The notes beneath the pieces are model-generated. The model saw only the letters and a list, made by a program, of their open reading frames with translations. It did no database searches and was not told the DNA's origin. Shown here in pieces: positions 19,733 through 20,000 of a stretch of DNA of 20,000 bases. The position numbers and the translations under genes were made by a program. Origin of the DNA: Proteromonas lacertae (Eukaryota); NCBI GenBank assembly GCA_002245135.1, contig NGBS01000583.1, positions 551,228-571,227 of the forward strand, in the 5' to 3' direction. Within the stretch, counting starts at the first letter, position 1; every line of letters starts with the position of its first letter.

Positions 19733-20000
19733 CTTTGCCTCAAAACTCTTCAAAGAAAAAAGTGGCTCCAGAAAAACAAGCAGATTGGCATTACGCTCAT
19801 AACTATAAAGAGTAGCTTCATTTTTGAGTATTATTTTGATGGAGCTTTGAAAAATATAGCCACACGGTATACTCTTGCTATATAAACACTCAAAATCTGG
19901 ACCAAGAATATTATTGTATTGTTATTATTAATATATATTTATTATTATTATTATCTACTTTTTTTTTGATCTACTTGAACCGTTCGTGCCTCTTAGTTTA

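Noticed and set aside
19728..19921. Open frame of about 64 codons on the - strand without an ATG
   Set aside because: It has no start, no recognisable motif and no clear splice sites, and lies at the window edge, so it cannot be supported.
1..20000. Blastocystis-type stop codons created by polyadenylation (TGTTTGTT signal)
   Set aside because: Every gene model has a genomic stop codon, and I saw only loose TGT-rich tracts downstream, not the exact motif.
1..20000. tRNA, rRNA, CRISPR arrays, transposase or reverse transcriptase genes
   Set aside because: None was recognised by eye. A covariance-model or HMM scan would be needed to exclude divergent ones.

Overview
This is AT-rich (roughly 25% GC by eye), gene-dense eukaryotic DNA, most likely from a protist, read with the standard genetic code. 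The ORF track breaks genes into pieces because they carry very short introns. I reconstructed 25 GT-AG introns of 24-45 nt by hand, and all start GTAT and end TAG. Spliced genes in order: a 75-aa two-TM microprotein absent from the ORF track, a frameshifted CxxC-rich gene, a TMEM62-like metallophosphoesterase, a Rad21/Rec8 kleisin, IFT43, an F-box+TBC RabGAP, a conserved uncharacterised protein and two tandem RETSAT/CrtI-family oxidoreductases. These are followed by a decayed Q/N-rich region and an intronless, five-times-frameshifted gene of about 945 aa that looks foreign. The main finding is two very short non-GT introns, AT-AC (46 nt) and AT-AA (49 nt). They share an identical divergent donor (ATATCATTTT) and branch motif (TTTTCTTTAAY), which points to a lineage-specific minor (U12) spliceosome. 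One of them splits the catalytic arginine-finger motif of the RabGAP. The intron architecture resembles Blastocystis/Opalinata stramenopiles (inference only). Several single-base homopolymer frameshifts may be assembly errors. All gene models are manual and have not been checked against transcripts.
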